A stretch of 64,000 bases of DNA, from the IMG/VR virus record IMGVR_UViG_3300030103_005378; one strand, given 5' to 3'. Under the pieces are notes generated by a model. The model searched no databases, had not been told where the DNA came from, and saw only the letters and a program-made list of their open reading frames with translations. This DNA is from an uncultured virus (IMG/VR IMGVR_UViG_3300030103_005378) (taxonomy: Duplodnaviria > Heunggongvirae > Uroviricota > Caudoviricetes). Numbering within the stretch: the stretch's first letter is position 1; each line of letters begins with the position of its first letter. Positions 50,125 to 62,750 of the stretch are shown here, one piece after another. A program made the position numbers and the translations under genes.

Positions 50125-51535
50125 TAAATATGAGCCCAATAGAATATGCAGTAGTAACTTTTAGTATTCTATTATTAATAGCAGCAGTAATACTAGATAA
50201 TTGGAAAAAGGAATGAGTATAGCGATGGTATTTATAGTATTATTTGGAGTGTTATTAGTGGCTAATACCTTAGATGATGAGTAAAGGAAGACCAGAAGAA
50301 AAAAAAATTACCACAGTTGTTGTTTATAAAAAACCAACAGGAAAAAAATACTGGATGTTAATTACAGAAAATGGAGTGGATGAGGTTATAAATTCTAGAA
50401 AAAGAAATCCTTTATTACCAAGTAATTATGAAATAATAGAAATAGGGATTGGTAAATCGTTTATTGAACAATACAAAAAAGAATATAATATTAAATGAAA
50501 CAATTTTATAGAAATGGTGGTGAATGTTATTTTGTCCATAGAGACATTAGAATTTCCCACTTTACAGATAAAGAAGGAGTATTAAATATGGAGAATGTTA
50601 AAATATGGAGAGATGGGCTATATGGAGTTGATCATGTTTTACGAACTGATTCTCATTTTTTATTTGTAGAAACAATTAAAGATGCGGAAATAATTCCTAA
50701 CTAAATATGAAACAACTGTTTAAATCATTAGTTAGAGATAGAAAATTAACCCCAACAGAAAGATTAGCTACTAGAATAGGATATATGGGAACAGGATTTT
50801 TAATTGCAGCTCAATGGACTGTTGAGCCTGCGTTGTATATTATGGGGTTTATTTGTGTGTTGGTACAAGTTGCAGTACGAAAACAGTGGAATTTAGTTAT
50901 TCTTAATGTAAATGGGTTAACAGCTTGGCTAAAACATTTTTTCTTTTAATAATAGAGGAATATTTTTTTAAATTTTATTTTTGTATATTTCATTCAAATA
51001 AAAAAGAATGAAATTAGTTTTAAATAAAAAAGAAATTGAAAAACCTGTCAAAAAATTCATTGTATTAAATGAATACTGCCAGGTTTTTTGTGGTCTTAAA
51101 CATGGTTTACCTGCATTTAGCGATAATATTGATGATGCTAAACCATTAGAAAACCAACGTCAAGTTGAAATGATCCAACGTGGGACTTTATTTAAATTAG
51201 AAAAAAGTTATCTTTAAAGGAATAGAGTTTTAAAAATTAGTTTTGTATATTTGAGGTATGAAAAAATTAGGAGAATTGTTAGGAGGCTTATTTACATTTT
51301 ATCTAGCGTATGTATTTTTAGTATGGTATATAAAAGGACATTTTGGAAAATATTTTATTTTCTTTTGGTTAAATACAATTCTAGCTATTGGAATATATTA
51401 TGACCATAAACAAAACCCAACTTGGCCACAGCATCCAAATTTTTATGAAAACAAATAAATTTTTAATTAAGGAATAGAGTTTTAAAATAAGAGTTCGTAT
51501 AATATAGTATAAATTTAAAAAAAATAAAATAAGTT

Positions 51536-52357
51536 ATGAAAGTTACACAAAGAGTTGTTAAAACAGGTAAAAGAGGTCGTCCAAGAAAAGTTCAAAATTT
51601 GACCCCGGTCCCATCATTAATTGATTTTGACCAAATTACAAAATTAAATAAATTAGATATTGATCCTAAAATGTTAGAATCAATGAGAACAGGTTTACGT
51701 AATGTAGATCAACTATTTTCATTTGAAGGTGGTATACCATGTGCATCAAACATAATGGCAATAGGTGACCCAGGTGTAGGTAAAACATCAATTATGTTAG
51801 ATTTGGTTGCTGCTGTTCAAAATAAAGGTAGAAAATGTTTATTTATTTCTGCTGAAATGGGTAGAAAACAAATGTTTAAATATACAAAACGTTTTCCTCA
51901 ATTTGGATTAGTTGATACATTATTTACATCTGATTTCATGAGTTTTAATATGAAAGATGTTATTGAGCAATCATTAGATCGTGGTTATGATTTAGTATTA
52001 ATTGATTCAATTGCTGAAGTGATTGAAGGTGTTCGTGATGACAATGGTTGGGATAGAAAAACCGCTGAAGGATGGTTAGTTGAAACTTGTGTTAGAAATA
52101 ACAAAGGTGAAAATAAGGAAGATAAATATACTTCATTCCTATTAATTCAACAAGTTACTAAATCAGGTGAGTTTGTAGGTTCAAATAAATTAAAGCACAT
52201 GACTGATGCATTGCTTGAAATGCGACGTGAATCTGATCGTGATGGTGGTGGTGCTTATATGTCATTTCAGAAAAACCGTAATGGTAGAGCTGAGGATAGA
52301 ATGAATTTCTTCCTAACAAACAATAAAATTGAATATTCAGTAATTGTAAGTGAATAA
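51536..52357 (+). CDS. RadA/Sms-like RecA-family ATPase
   Basis: GDPGVGKT, FISAEM, LIDS, QVTKSGEFVGS..LKHMTD, KNRNG. Confidence 0.8.
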   Translation: MKVTQRVVKTGKRGRPRKVQNLTPVPSLIDFDQITKLNKLDIDPKMLESMRTGLRNVDQLFSFEGGIPCASNIMAIGDPGVGKTSIMLDLVAAVQNKGRKCLFISAEMGRKQMFKYTKRFPQFGLVDTLFTSDFMSFNMKDVIEQSLDRGYDLVLIDSIAEVIEGVRDDNGWDRKTAEGWLVETCVRNNKGENKEDKYTSFLLIQQVTKSGEFVGSNKLKHMTDALLEMRRESDRDGGGAYMSFQKNRNGRAEDRMNFFLTNNKIEYSVIVSE

Positions 52358-53687
52358 TATGAAATTAGACCCAATTATAGAGGCAAGTAACCTATCCCTC
52401 GAATCAAAACATTTAATAAATCGTTTATTAAAGATAGAGTTCGGGGGGAATTGGGATTTACTCTTAAAAGATATGGAAGAACATGCTGTAAGTGATGAAG
52501 AATATGAACTAGCAGCAGAAATTAGAGATTATTTAAAAAAATATAGTGAAAATGGCTAAAAAAGAAAAAAATATTATAGAAAAAAAGTGGTTAACAATCA
52601 AAACCAAATCAAAAGAAGATAATTACGATTTAGAAGAACTAGACCATTTAACCTGTGATTTAATAGCACATCTAGCTCAATTAACAGATAAAGGTATAAC
52701 TGATATAGATGGAACATCTATTAATATGTACAAAGATAGAGTATGGTGGGTTGTAGAAAAAATAGGATTATTACCTGAATATAAAGATGAGGATGATGTT
52801 GAAGAAGAAATAATTGATGATTGGGAATCATATGAAGAAGATGATTTTGATCTAGAAGAGGAAGAATTATCTGTTGGTAGTATGAAAAAATTAAAGGAAT
52901 GGGATTTTAAATAAAATTTTAGTATAATACAATTATAAAAAATGGTTACATTATATATATTTTTATATTTTTCTGTATTCATGTTAACTGGATGGGTCAT
53001 TAAATATATAAGAAAAAGGAGAAAAAAATGATAAGAAAAAAACAACCACAAAAANNNNNNNNNNGAGGATGATGTTGAAGGAGAAATAATTGATGATTGG
53101 GAATCATATGAAGAAGATGATTTTGATCTAGAAGAAGCAGCACATAAAGCATTTTATTCAGAAAATCTTTAATTAAGGAATAGAATTTTAAATAAAGTTT
53201 TTGTATATTATAATTATAAAAAAATAAGTTATGAAAAAGTATAACCAGTTATCAATGCATGAAAAGATACAAATTAAACAATATGCTATTAGTATACATG
53301 GTAAAAGGTGGCATACATCAAAACCTAACTTTATTAGTAAATTAAATGAGTTACAAATCCATACAATTTTAAATTAAAAAAAATAAAAAAATAAGTTATG
53401 AAAAAGTATATTGGTAAAACTATTGAATTATTCCCTGGTGATTCTCAGGAAAAGATAGGTATTGTGAAAGATGTTTTTGATGATGGTATAGAGGTAGTAA
53501 TTACACGATTAGGTGATGTACCCTTTAAATCCAATTTAAAGATTGGGGATGTTATGTACTATCCAACATCAAAGTTAATATTTAAATTAAAATAAAAAAT
53601 GACTACATTATTAGTAATAAGTTGGGTATTTGCTACATTCATGTTAACTGGATGGGTCATTAAATATATAAGAAAAAGAAGAAAAAA

Positions 53688-53912
53688 ATGATAAGAAAAA
53701 AACAACCACAAAGAAAAGTAATAATTGACCTAACTGGTCCAGATGGTAATGCATTTGTATTAATGGGTTATGCAAGACGATTTGCTAGACAGTTAGGATA
53801 TTCAAAAGAAGATCAAGATCAACTCCTAGAATTAATGACATCAGGAGATTATGAAAATCTACTAGAAGTGTTTGATGATCATTTTGGTTCATTTGTAATA
53901 CTAGAAAGATGA
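53688..53912 (+). CDS. Conserved-looking small phage protein
   Basis: IDLTGPDGNAF.LMG...SGDYE.LL motif. Confidence 0.6.
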   Translation: MIRKKQPQRKVIIDLTGPDGNAFVLMGYARRFARQLGYSKEDQDQLLELMTSGDYENLLEVFDDHFGSFVILER

Positions 53913-54218
53913 GTAATTGCTACCCAGATCAAAGAAGAGGAATAACACCTAGAGAAGTAGTAATTGATAAACTAGATAATGTTATAGGAAGGAAATTTTC
54001 AACAAATATTTCCCCAACTACAAAAGCTAGATTATTATATTATGAAGGTGACAAAGCATATTATGAAATACTAGAATATGATAAATGGCCTAAATATAAT
54101 ATGTGTGCTGGTGAAGTATTTTATTTACCTACTCATTTGGCTGTTACAATGACTCCATTAGAGGAATAGAATTTTAAATAAGGTTTTTGTATATTACAAT
54201 TATAAAAAAATAAGAATT

Positions 54219-54755
54219 ATGAGAAGATGGTTAGAAGATAAGTATTGGCAACAAATTAAAGAGCTAGAATGGTCTAGAGATGGTAATTATAGAAGAATTG
54301 AACAACAATTAATAGATAATTTCACCCCCTCAGAAATAAAACAACTTGATGTGTTTGTTCGCAGCAAAGTAAATGAATTAGGTCAACGATTCCATGATGA
54401 CTGGCTAGGAAACCCAGGTATAGATGTTAGTGAAGATAGTTGGGGGGATTTACGAAGTGAGGTTGTAGGTAGAGGAAAAGAATTCTATGAAAATATTACA
54501 GTAGCAAAACTTCAAGAAATGGCTAATAATAATGATTACAATGAAAGTTTTTCATATTGTTTTCATATTACATTTTATAATGAAAAAAGTGAAGAGGAAA
54601 AAAGAAACCAATTTCAACTAAATAAACCAAAACGAATTGAGGAGTTTATAGAAAAAATAGATGGGTTATATGATGAATATCATGCTGAACTTCATCAAGG
54701 TGGGGTTTTTCACTATTTAGAAGGAGCAATAAGAGAAGCTAGAAAATTAAAATAA
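54219..54755 (+). CDS. DUF4240-like protein
   Basis: YWQQI, SEDSWGDLRSEVVGRGKEFYE. Confidence 0.45.
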   Translation: MRRWLEDKYWQQIKELEWSRDGNYRRIEQQLIDNFTPSEIKQLDVFVRSKVNELGQRFHDDWLGNPGIDVSEDSWGDLRSEVVGRGKEFYENITVAKLQEMANNNDYNESFSYCFHITFYNEKSEEEKRNQFQLNKPKRIEEFIEKIDGLYDEYHAELHQGGVFHYLEGAIREARKLK

Positions 54756-55163
54756 TAAATTATGAGTACAACATTCGGAGTAAAAGTAAAAGATGATTAT
54801 GTTGAAGTAGCATTTCGAAGCAATGGGATGAGATTTATAAACGCTCTAGCCCACTTACTACCAGATGATACACCAGTAATTCCATTAGATAACACAGCAC
54901 AAGGTGTTCACACAATAGGTGATGTTAAGAGAGAAGTTGAAAACACAGACCCAAATGCTAAATATTGGAGAACAGTTGCAATAAAATAATAAGTTATGAA
55001 TGAATGTAAAAATTGCCACGAAACAGAGTTATATGGAGATGAAATATGCCCTGATTGTGGGAGAGAAGGTTAAATATAGTTTCTCCTGTACAAGAGGAAT
55101 TGGCTTTACAGGAGATTTTTCGTATAATACAGTATAAATTTAAAAAAAAATAAAATAAAAGTT

Positions 55164-55994
55164 ATGTTTACAGATCAAAATTCAAAAGAGTTAAAGTTTT
55201 TAAGTAATGATGAAATTAGAGAGATAGCACCAGCAGTGTTTACTGAAACGCCTGCCTCTAATGTTTCAAAACATTACACACATATCCCAACAGCACAAGT
55301 GCTAGAAGATATGAGCAAATTAGGTTGGGGAGTAGTAGATGCCCAACAAGTTAAAGCACGTAAGAATACCACTAAGGGATTCCAGAAACACCTATTAACG
55401 TTTCGAAATCCTGATGTTGTTATTAATGGTGCAGATGGAGATACAGTATTTCCACAAATCCTATTGACAAATAGTCATGATGGTAAAAATGCATTTACAT
55501 TTACAGCTGGTTTATTTCGACTAGTATGTTCAAATGGATTAGTTATTGCTGATGAAAAGTTTGAGGACGTTAAAATGCGTCACATGGGTTATACATTTGA
55601 AAATTTGCAAGTGCAAATTAAAGAAATGGTTGAGCGTTTGCCACTAACAGTTGATTCAATGAATAAAATGAAAGCAATTGAGTTAGATAAAAAGCAAATG
55701 AAAGAATTAGCTCAAAAATCACTTACAACTCGATTCACTGAGGATCAATTGAAAGTAGCAAAAATTAATTTAGATGAAATAATCAACCCAGTTCGTGATG
55801 AAGATAAAGGTAATGATTTATGGAGTGTATTTAATGTAATACAGGAAAAAATTATTACAGGTGATTTTTCATACCTATCAGGTGCTAGATCACGTAAAGC
55901 ACGAGAAGTTAAAAACTTTAAACAAGACATGGATATCAACAAGAAATTATTTGCAATGGCAAATGAGTTGGTACCACAAGAAATCGCTTCATAA
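55164..55994 (+). CDS. DUF932/DUF945-family protein
   Basis: SKHYTHIPT, LTNSHDG, GLFRLVCSNGL, LWSVFNVIQE. Confidence 0.8.
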   Translation: MFTDQNSKELKFLSNDEIREIAPAVFTETPASNVSKHYTHIPTAQVLEDMSKLGWGVVDAQQVKARKNTTKGFQKHLLTFRNPDVVINGADGDTVFPQILLTNSHDGKNAFTFTAGLFRLVCSNGLVIADEKFEDVKMRHMGYTFENLQVQIKEMVERLPLTVDSMNKMKAIELDKKQMKELAQKSLTTRFTEDQLKVAKINLDEIINPVRDEDKGNDLWSVFNVIQEKIITGDFSYLSGARSRKAREVKNFKQDMDINKKLFAMANELVPQEIAS

Positions 55995-56005
55995 CCGATT
56001 CTTTT

Positions 56006-56043
56006 CCACCAAGGGGCTCAAAACGAGCCCTAGGTGGTTTTTA
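56006..56043 (+). terminator. Intrinsic terminator
   Basis: CCACC..GGGCTC-AAAAC-GAGCCC..GGTGG then T-run. Confidence 0.7.
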
Positions 56044-59000
56044 ATTTAGGAATAAAGGTTATAAAATATTTTTTGTATATTACAATTATAAAAATAAAGG
56101 TTATGAAAGAAGTATTTATAAAAATCAAATATAAGTTAAAAAAACTAAGCCCAACTGGGAGAGAAATGTTTATAGAAGATTTACTAGATTTCATCAAAAA
56201 TTATTAAAATAAAAGTTATGAGTGAATTTAATCAATTATGTGTACTACAAGGCACAATCATGCCAGATGGCGGGGCTAAAGAATTAGAAAATTTCTTTAA
56301 AGAACAAATGGATGTTACCGTTAAATTTGAAACACAAGTAAAAACATTACCTGACACACCAGAGTGTACTGAAACAGGTGGTAGAAATGATATATTTTTC
56401 TATATTGCAGATGATGATGTAGGTAAATTTGCAGTACCACGTTTACAAATGGGTATCCGTTGGTGGGAAGATGTTTTAGGAAACGGAGCTAGTAATTTAT
56501 ACACAGAAGAATTTCTAGAAAAATATAAAAAAGGTTGGTAAGATGAAAAGAAATGCAACAAATGTAATTGACTGGATTGAACATTGGGACAATTTTGATT
56601 ATGGATTATATTTAGCAATATTAAAAGCAAAACAACAATGAAACACACATATAAACAAATAGACAAAGATGGTACAGTTGAATGTACCAAATGTGGATTA
56701 AGAAACTCAGAACCTACTAAAGAGGATTCAATAAAATGTGAAAAATGAAAGAATTAAAACGACGATTAAAATATTTCGCAGAAACACTTAAAGACCATAA
56801 AGAATATGTTGATTATAATTCTACAGGTCATTTAGAACAATCATTAATTAGAACAAAAGAACAAACAATGAATGAAATAGGTGATATGCTTCTAGAAATT
56901 TTAGAATTAGATAATATAACTTTCCAATCTTGGTTAACTCAGGAAGAGGATGAATAAAATTATTTTCGTATATTACAGTATATTTAAAGAAAAGTTATGA
57001 AAAGAGAAAAAGGTTATAAGAGAAAAATTGTATTTCACTCAAATCGCTTACACGAAGCATTAAACGCAGCACCGTCTGAGTATAATAGTGAAAATATAAA
57101 AAAATCACTAGAAAGTTTAAATTATTTTGTAGAACGTCAATTAGAAGTAAATAAAAGTTATGAATAAAGAAGCAGAAACAATAACATTCAAAATGGAATT
57201 TGGAATGAGAGAAGAAATGTCATCACTTATTCTATTGTTACGAGATGGTAACTATGAAGGACAAAATTTCGCATCAGAAAGATTAATGCAAATAGCAGAT
57301 CAAATTGATGAATTTAATAAAGAACAAGATGATGAGTAAAAATATTGAATTAGAAGTTAAATTAAGAGAGGATTGGAATAAATGGCAATCCAAAGCACAC
57401 CCCGAAGATAGAATGTCGTTTATTGAATACGCTGAAGATTTAGGGGTATATAAAGGGCATAAAATTGAAATAAACTATTTAGATGACTTTGATCAGATTA
57501 AATTCTTAATGTTCACTAAGGAATAAGTATGCAACTAAAATTAGAATTCCCAGAAGATCCAGAAGTACATTATAGAATTGAGGCTAATGTAGTAAAAGTT
57601 AGTTTCTATCCTGATTCTTGTGAAATTAAAGAGGAAAGATTAAGTCATGTTACTAAAGGATTTTCAAATTCAACCCCAGGTGAAAGTGCATACTGGGTAG
57701 ATGAAGAAAAAGCACTAGAATATTTAAGAAAGATAAAACATTATATTAAAGAGGAATAAGGTTATTAAACTTAATTTCGTATATTATATTAAATAAAAAA
57801 GGTTATGACAAAGGAATTTAGTAAAGAATTAGCAAGAATACAAAGAGATAGCTTTGTAGAAAGACAAATACAATTATATGCTGATTATCTCCCAAAGCGA
57901 TTCAAAGAAATACAAGAAGAATCAGAAAAATTAGATTGGAGAGATAGAAACACATATGAAGCAGGTTGTTTTAAAAATCTATTAGAAACAGCAATTGAAC
58001 AAATTACAGCAGTAAATAAAAATCTTGAGGAAAGAAGAAATGAACAATAAAATAAAATTAACAGAAGCACTTCCACACATTAAGCACATTGCTAAATGTT
58101 ACGGGTTGAAATTAAATTTATTATCTGATTTTAAAATAGCTAGAGTGATTTGGGCTAGAAGTTTAAATTAGGGAATAGAAGATATAACTATATTTTCGTA
58201 TATTTCAGTATAAATAAAGAAAAAAATTATGAAAGCAAAGGATTTATTTAAAACAATAATAGAAAATGAAATAGATATTTCATTTGAAATAGCTCAACAT
58301 TGGTACACATATCAAAACCTTAGTGCAAAGAAGGGATATGAAAAGATAGCTAAAATACAATTCCTAGATTGTGTTAAGGTAGAAATAGAAAAAAGTCTAT
58401 TCATACAAAAGGATTGGTATTTAGAATGGCTAGAGGGACAATTTGAGAATGATCTCCCAAATGTAAGTAGTGGTAGTACCATGACAGCATTATTAGATGT
58501 GGATAATGTATTTAACCAATTTGAACCATCAATCATGGAGGTTGATGAAGAACTAGTTAATGAATTGTATGGTGAAATAATCAACTACCAGCACAAATTA
58601 ATAGGTAATTTGAGAGTTGAGAGAGGAATAGATTTATATTAATCTTTTTCGTATATTACATCAAAATTAAAAAGGTTATGACAATTAAGGAAATTAAAGA
58701 ACAGTTACAATTTAAAAAAGTAGTATTCAACGTTAAAGGACATAAAGATTATCAAGAAGGACCTGATGGTAAATATGGTGATTACCCAACTAAGTTTAGA
58801 ACACATGGTAGTGAAGGGAAACGTGGAACGGGTGCAATATTTAAAGGTTTTTCAGATGGAATGAATGTAACTAAGTTTGGTCCTACTTGTGTTACGTTAT
58901 ACACTTATGATATGTTAGGTAAAAAAACAGTAGGCAAAATAAAATATGCTGATGTAACAATACTAGAAGGTGAAACAGATTAAAGTAACACAGAAAGAAA

Positions 59001-59430
59001 TTAATGACGCAACGCGTCCAAGTATTCAAAAGAATAAAAAGAAGTATACTAGAAAAAAGAAACATAAAAATGGAGAAGAATAATTTATATATAACTGATT
59101 TGTGTGTGGGACATAGATCAATCTATTATCAAACACCTGAAGTACCTGATAGGGCTATTGGGGATGATATTAAAGAATTACTAGAAGATAAGTATGTTCA
59201 CAACGTTAGTATGAGATTTATTTACGTTGATTGTGATGGAATAGAATGTAAGGGTGAAGTTACAGTTAATGGAATAGATGATTATGAAGATTTTGAAATG
59301 TATGATGAGGATTTTCATGAAAAAACACAATTAACAGAAGAAAATATAATTGATTTATTTGAATTTGATTAAGGAATATTTTTCTAGAAAAAAAGTTCGT
59401 ATATTATAGTATATTTAAAAAAAGAAAGTT

Positions 59431-59961
59431 ATGTTAAGTGAAAAAGTATTTAAAAGCGGTTATGATGTTACAAGTAAATCAAAACTAGCAGGTGGTGAAA
59501 AAAATGATTGTTTTGTTAGGGCTTGTTCTAATGCATTTGATGTTAGTTATGAAGCAGCACATGAATTTGTAGCGGAACGATTTAATAGAAAAAACGGTAA
59601 AGGAACTAAAATGTGTAATCTTAGAATGAAAGATTTACAAAATGAAGTTATTGAATTCCAACCTGAAGGACAATTAAGTTTATTTAGTGATAATGGTGGA
59701 AAACGAATTAAAGTAAAACACATTGGTGATACACCTAAAACAGGTGGACGATTAATTAATAAGGACTATACACATAAAAAAGTAGCATATACAGTTAAAA
59801 CATTTATGCAACGATTTAGAAAAGGAACTTATATATTGCTAGTTAATAAACATGCCTTAGTATGTAAAGGTGGTGTAATATTTGATAATGGTGATATGCA
59901 GTTTGGTGGTTATAGACGACCTGTTGAATCAGCATTTAAAATAGAGGAAGAGCTTAATTAA
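59431..59961 (+). CDS. Hypothetical protein with NDC.VRA and HA motifs (possible Cys/His fold)
   Basis: NDCFVRACS...KHAL. Confidence 0.5.
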   Translation: MLSEKVFKSGYDVTSKSKLAGGEKNDCFVRACSNAFDVSYEAAHEFVAERFNRKNGKGTKMCNLRMKDLQNEVIEFQPEGQLSLFSDNGGKRIKVKHIGDTPKTGGRLINKDYTHKKVAYTVKTFMQRFRKGTYILLVNKHALVCKGGVIFDNGDMQFGGYRRPVESAFKIEEELN

Positions 59962-60674
59962 AAGCTCTTTTGTATATTATAGTATAAATAGAGAAAAAAA
60001 GGAAAAAAGTTATGAAAATTAGAAGTAAAACATTATTAGTAACAGTTGTTAATGAAATTAAAATTGGAAAAAACGATGCAATAGAAGCAACTGTAGAGCA
60101 TCAAATAATTGCCTATGATAAAAAAGATGGATCAGTTGGGATAGATACGGAATTTATTGATATCTATGATGTTAAATTTTTAGGAATGCCCATTGATACA
60201 GGATATGAAGCATATAGAGGATTTAAAAAGCAAATGCTAGAATTAGGAGTTAATGTTGAAGAGTTAGTAGATGAAGCTGTTAAAGGAATTGTTTCTAAAA
60301 AGGAAGAATTTGATGTTAAAAAAATGTTTATAAATTCAAATAGTAAATAAAGAAAGTTATGAGTAAATATCAAGAGTTATTACAAAACCCATTTTATATG
60401 AATGGTAAAACAGTTAAGGAAAATGCTAAAGAAGTAATATTCTATGTAGTGAGTTGTATGTGTGATAATAAATACACACTACGATTCAGAAAGAATGATA
60501 ATGATGAGTTTAAAATGAGTGGGATGGGATTTGCTTTAAGTAATTTCCAATTCGAGTTTAAACCATTTGAAATAGAATGGATAGCAGATGAAGGTGATTG
60601 GATTGGAGTAAAAAACATGATTAACACGGGAACTATTAAGGTTGAAAAAGTAATAAGCAGATAAAAATAAAAAT

Positions 60675-61382
60675 ATGATAGCTTACGTATTTGATGTAGA
60701 TGGAACTTTAACACCTAGTAGATTACCAATTGATAAAGAATTTGAAAAGTTTTTTAGTGAGTGGATGAAAGGAAAAAAGGTGTTTTTTGTAACAGGTTCC
60801 AACAGTGATAAAACTATTGAACAAGTAGGATTAAATATATGGAAAAATGTAACAGCCTCACTCCAATCATGTGGTAATCAAATATTTGTTAATGGGGATG
60901 AAATTTACAAAAATGAATGGAAACCTAATTCACAACTGATTAAACTATTAGAAGGGTTTCTAGTTAGTTCTAGTTATGAAAAAAGAACTTCAAACCACAT
61001 TGAAGAAAGAGTAGGATTATTAAATTTTTCTGTTATTGGAAGGGATTGTACCCAAGAAGAAAGAGAAGCTTATTATGAATGGGATAAAAATTCTAATGAA
61101 AGAATTCAAATGGTTGAAAAAATCATGAACACATTCCCAGAACTAGAAGTTTCAGTTGGGGGACAAATTTCAATAGACATATATCCCAAAGGAGCTAGTA
61201 AAGGCCAAGCTAAAGATTGGATATTAAATTACCTAAATGAAGATGTTAATATTCACTTCTACGGTGATAAAACTGAAATTGGAGGTAATGATTATGACTT
61301 AGCTAAAGTATTAAAGGGAGATAAACATAAAGTATTTCAAGTTAATGATTGGAAAGAAACATATAAACTCTTAAAAAAGTAG
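60675..61382 (+). CDS. HAD-IIB phosphomannomutase-like (eukaryotic PMM type)
   Basis: FDVDGTLT, VTGS, IEER.GLLNFS.IGR, GGQISIDIYP, FYGDKT..GGNDY. Confidence 0.85.
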   Translation: MIAYVFDVDGTLTPSRLPIDKEFEKFFSEWMKGKKVFFVTGSNSDKTIEQVGLNIWKNVTASLQSCGNQIFVNGDEIYKNEWKPNSQLIKLLEGFLVSSSYEKRTSNHIEERVGLLNFSVIGRDCTQEEREAYYEWDKNSNERIQMVEKIMNTFPELEVSVGGQISIDIYPKGASKGQAKDWILNYLNEDVNIHFYGDKTEIGGNDYDLAKVLKGDKHKVFQVNDWKETYKLLKK

Positions 61383-62750
61383 GAATATTTTTCTAGAAAA
61401 AAAGTTCGTATATTATACTATATTTAGAGAGAGAAATTATGACAAAAAAAGAAATACATAGAGAAATTAGAAGTAGATTCTACGAAGTAGTAAACGAAAA
61501 ATTTCCACAATACGATATTGATAGTGATGGATATGGTAGAATGCAATTAGTAAATGGAAGAAATATAATAGAATATCACATGTCAAGACACACATTATGT
61601 GGATATAGTGACAATTCAAAACAATGTCATGATGATGAGCTAGAAATGGAGGAGCTACTAAATGAAATAGTTGGACAATACGAGATCTAGCTTTTTACTA
61701 TACACTACCCAGCAAACGAATACGTATATACTAGGGGAATAGTTTAATTTACTAGAAGTTCGTATATTACATGTATGAAAAAAGAGATAAAAAAGAAATT
61801 ATGGCCTTACTACATTAAGGAAAAACTAAATATAAGTTTTGAAAGTTATTATCAAAGGAATAAAGATAAGGTAATGATAAGTTCGTTTAATAGGAAGTTA
61901 ATTTGGAAAAAATAGATAAGGAATAGTTTAATTAACTAGAAGTTCGTATATTATAGTATAAATAAAGAGAAAAATTATGAAGATTACAGATATTTTAGAT
62001 GCAAAATTAAATTTAGGGATGGATCACATGGATTTAGAACATGACCAAAAATGTATTATAGAGGAGTTAAAACAATTACATAGGGAAATGGAGGAAGATG
62101 CAGAACCAGAGGGTGGACATATATGTGATCAATATGCAGATGCTATTCATAAAAAAGAACGTGAATTAGAAAAAATTACTAGAAAGATGCAGGTAATAAG
62201 TGATAAAATTGATGAATTAGAAAATTTAATATAATGGAAATGTTATTACTTAGGATATTAATGTATTTCATGGTTTTTTCTCTTGGTTTAGTAATAGTTT
62301 TAGGTATTATAGGAGTAGGAGTGTACATAGAAAATTTTATTAGTGATATAAAAAGGAAAAATAAATAAAATGGAACATAGAATAAACATAAACGGAGAGT
62401 GGTACGTGAAGGAAAATACCCAGAAAAAAGAAACATACAAATTAGGTGATACATTTAGTTTAAACTTTGATTATGAGGGAATGCTGAATTGTGGGTTATT
62501 AGCAGGGGTAACTACGAGTGTAAATAATTTAGAGAAATTACTAGATAGTTTTGAGGACGTGAATTACCATAGGGAAGCAGCACCATTATATGACTTGATT
62601 GAACACATTAAGTATCAAAACGAGTATGGATCAAATGAGGTAACAAGAGAAAACATAGATGAATCGTTACGTGCATTTAAAAAGGAATGTGAGGATACAC
62701 TGAAAAACATAATTGGTTCAACATTGAGAATTGATGAAGAATAAACAAAA

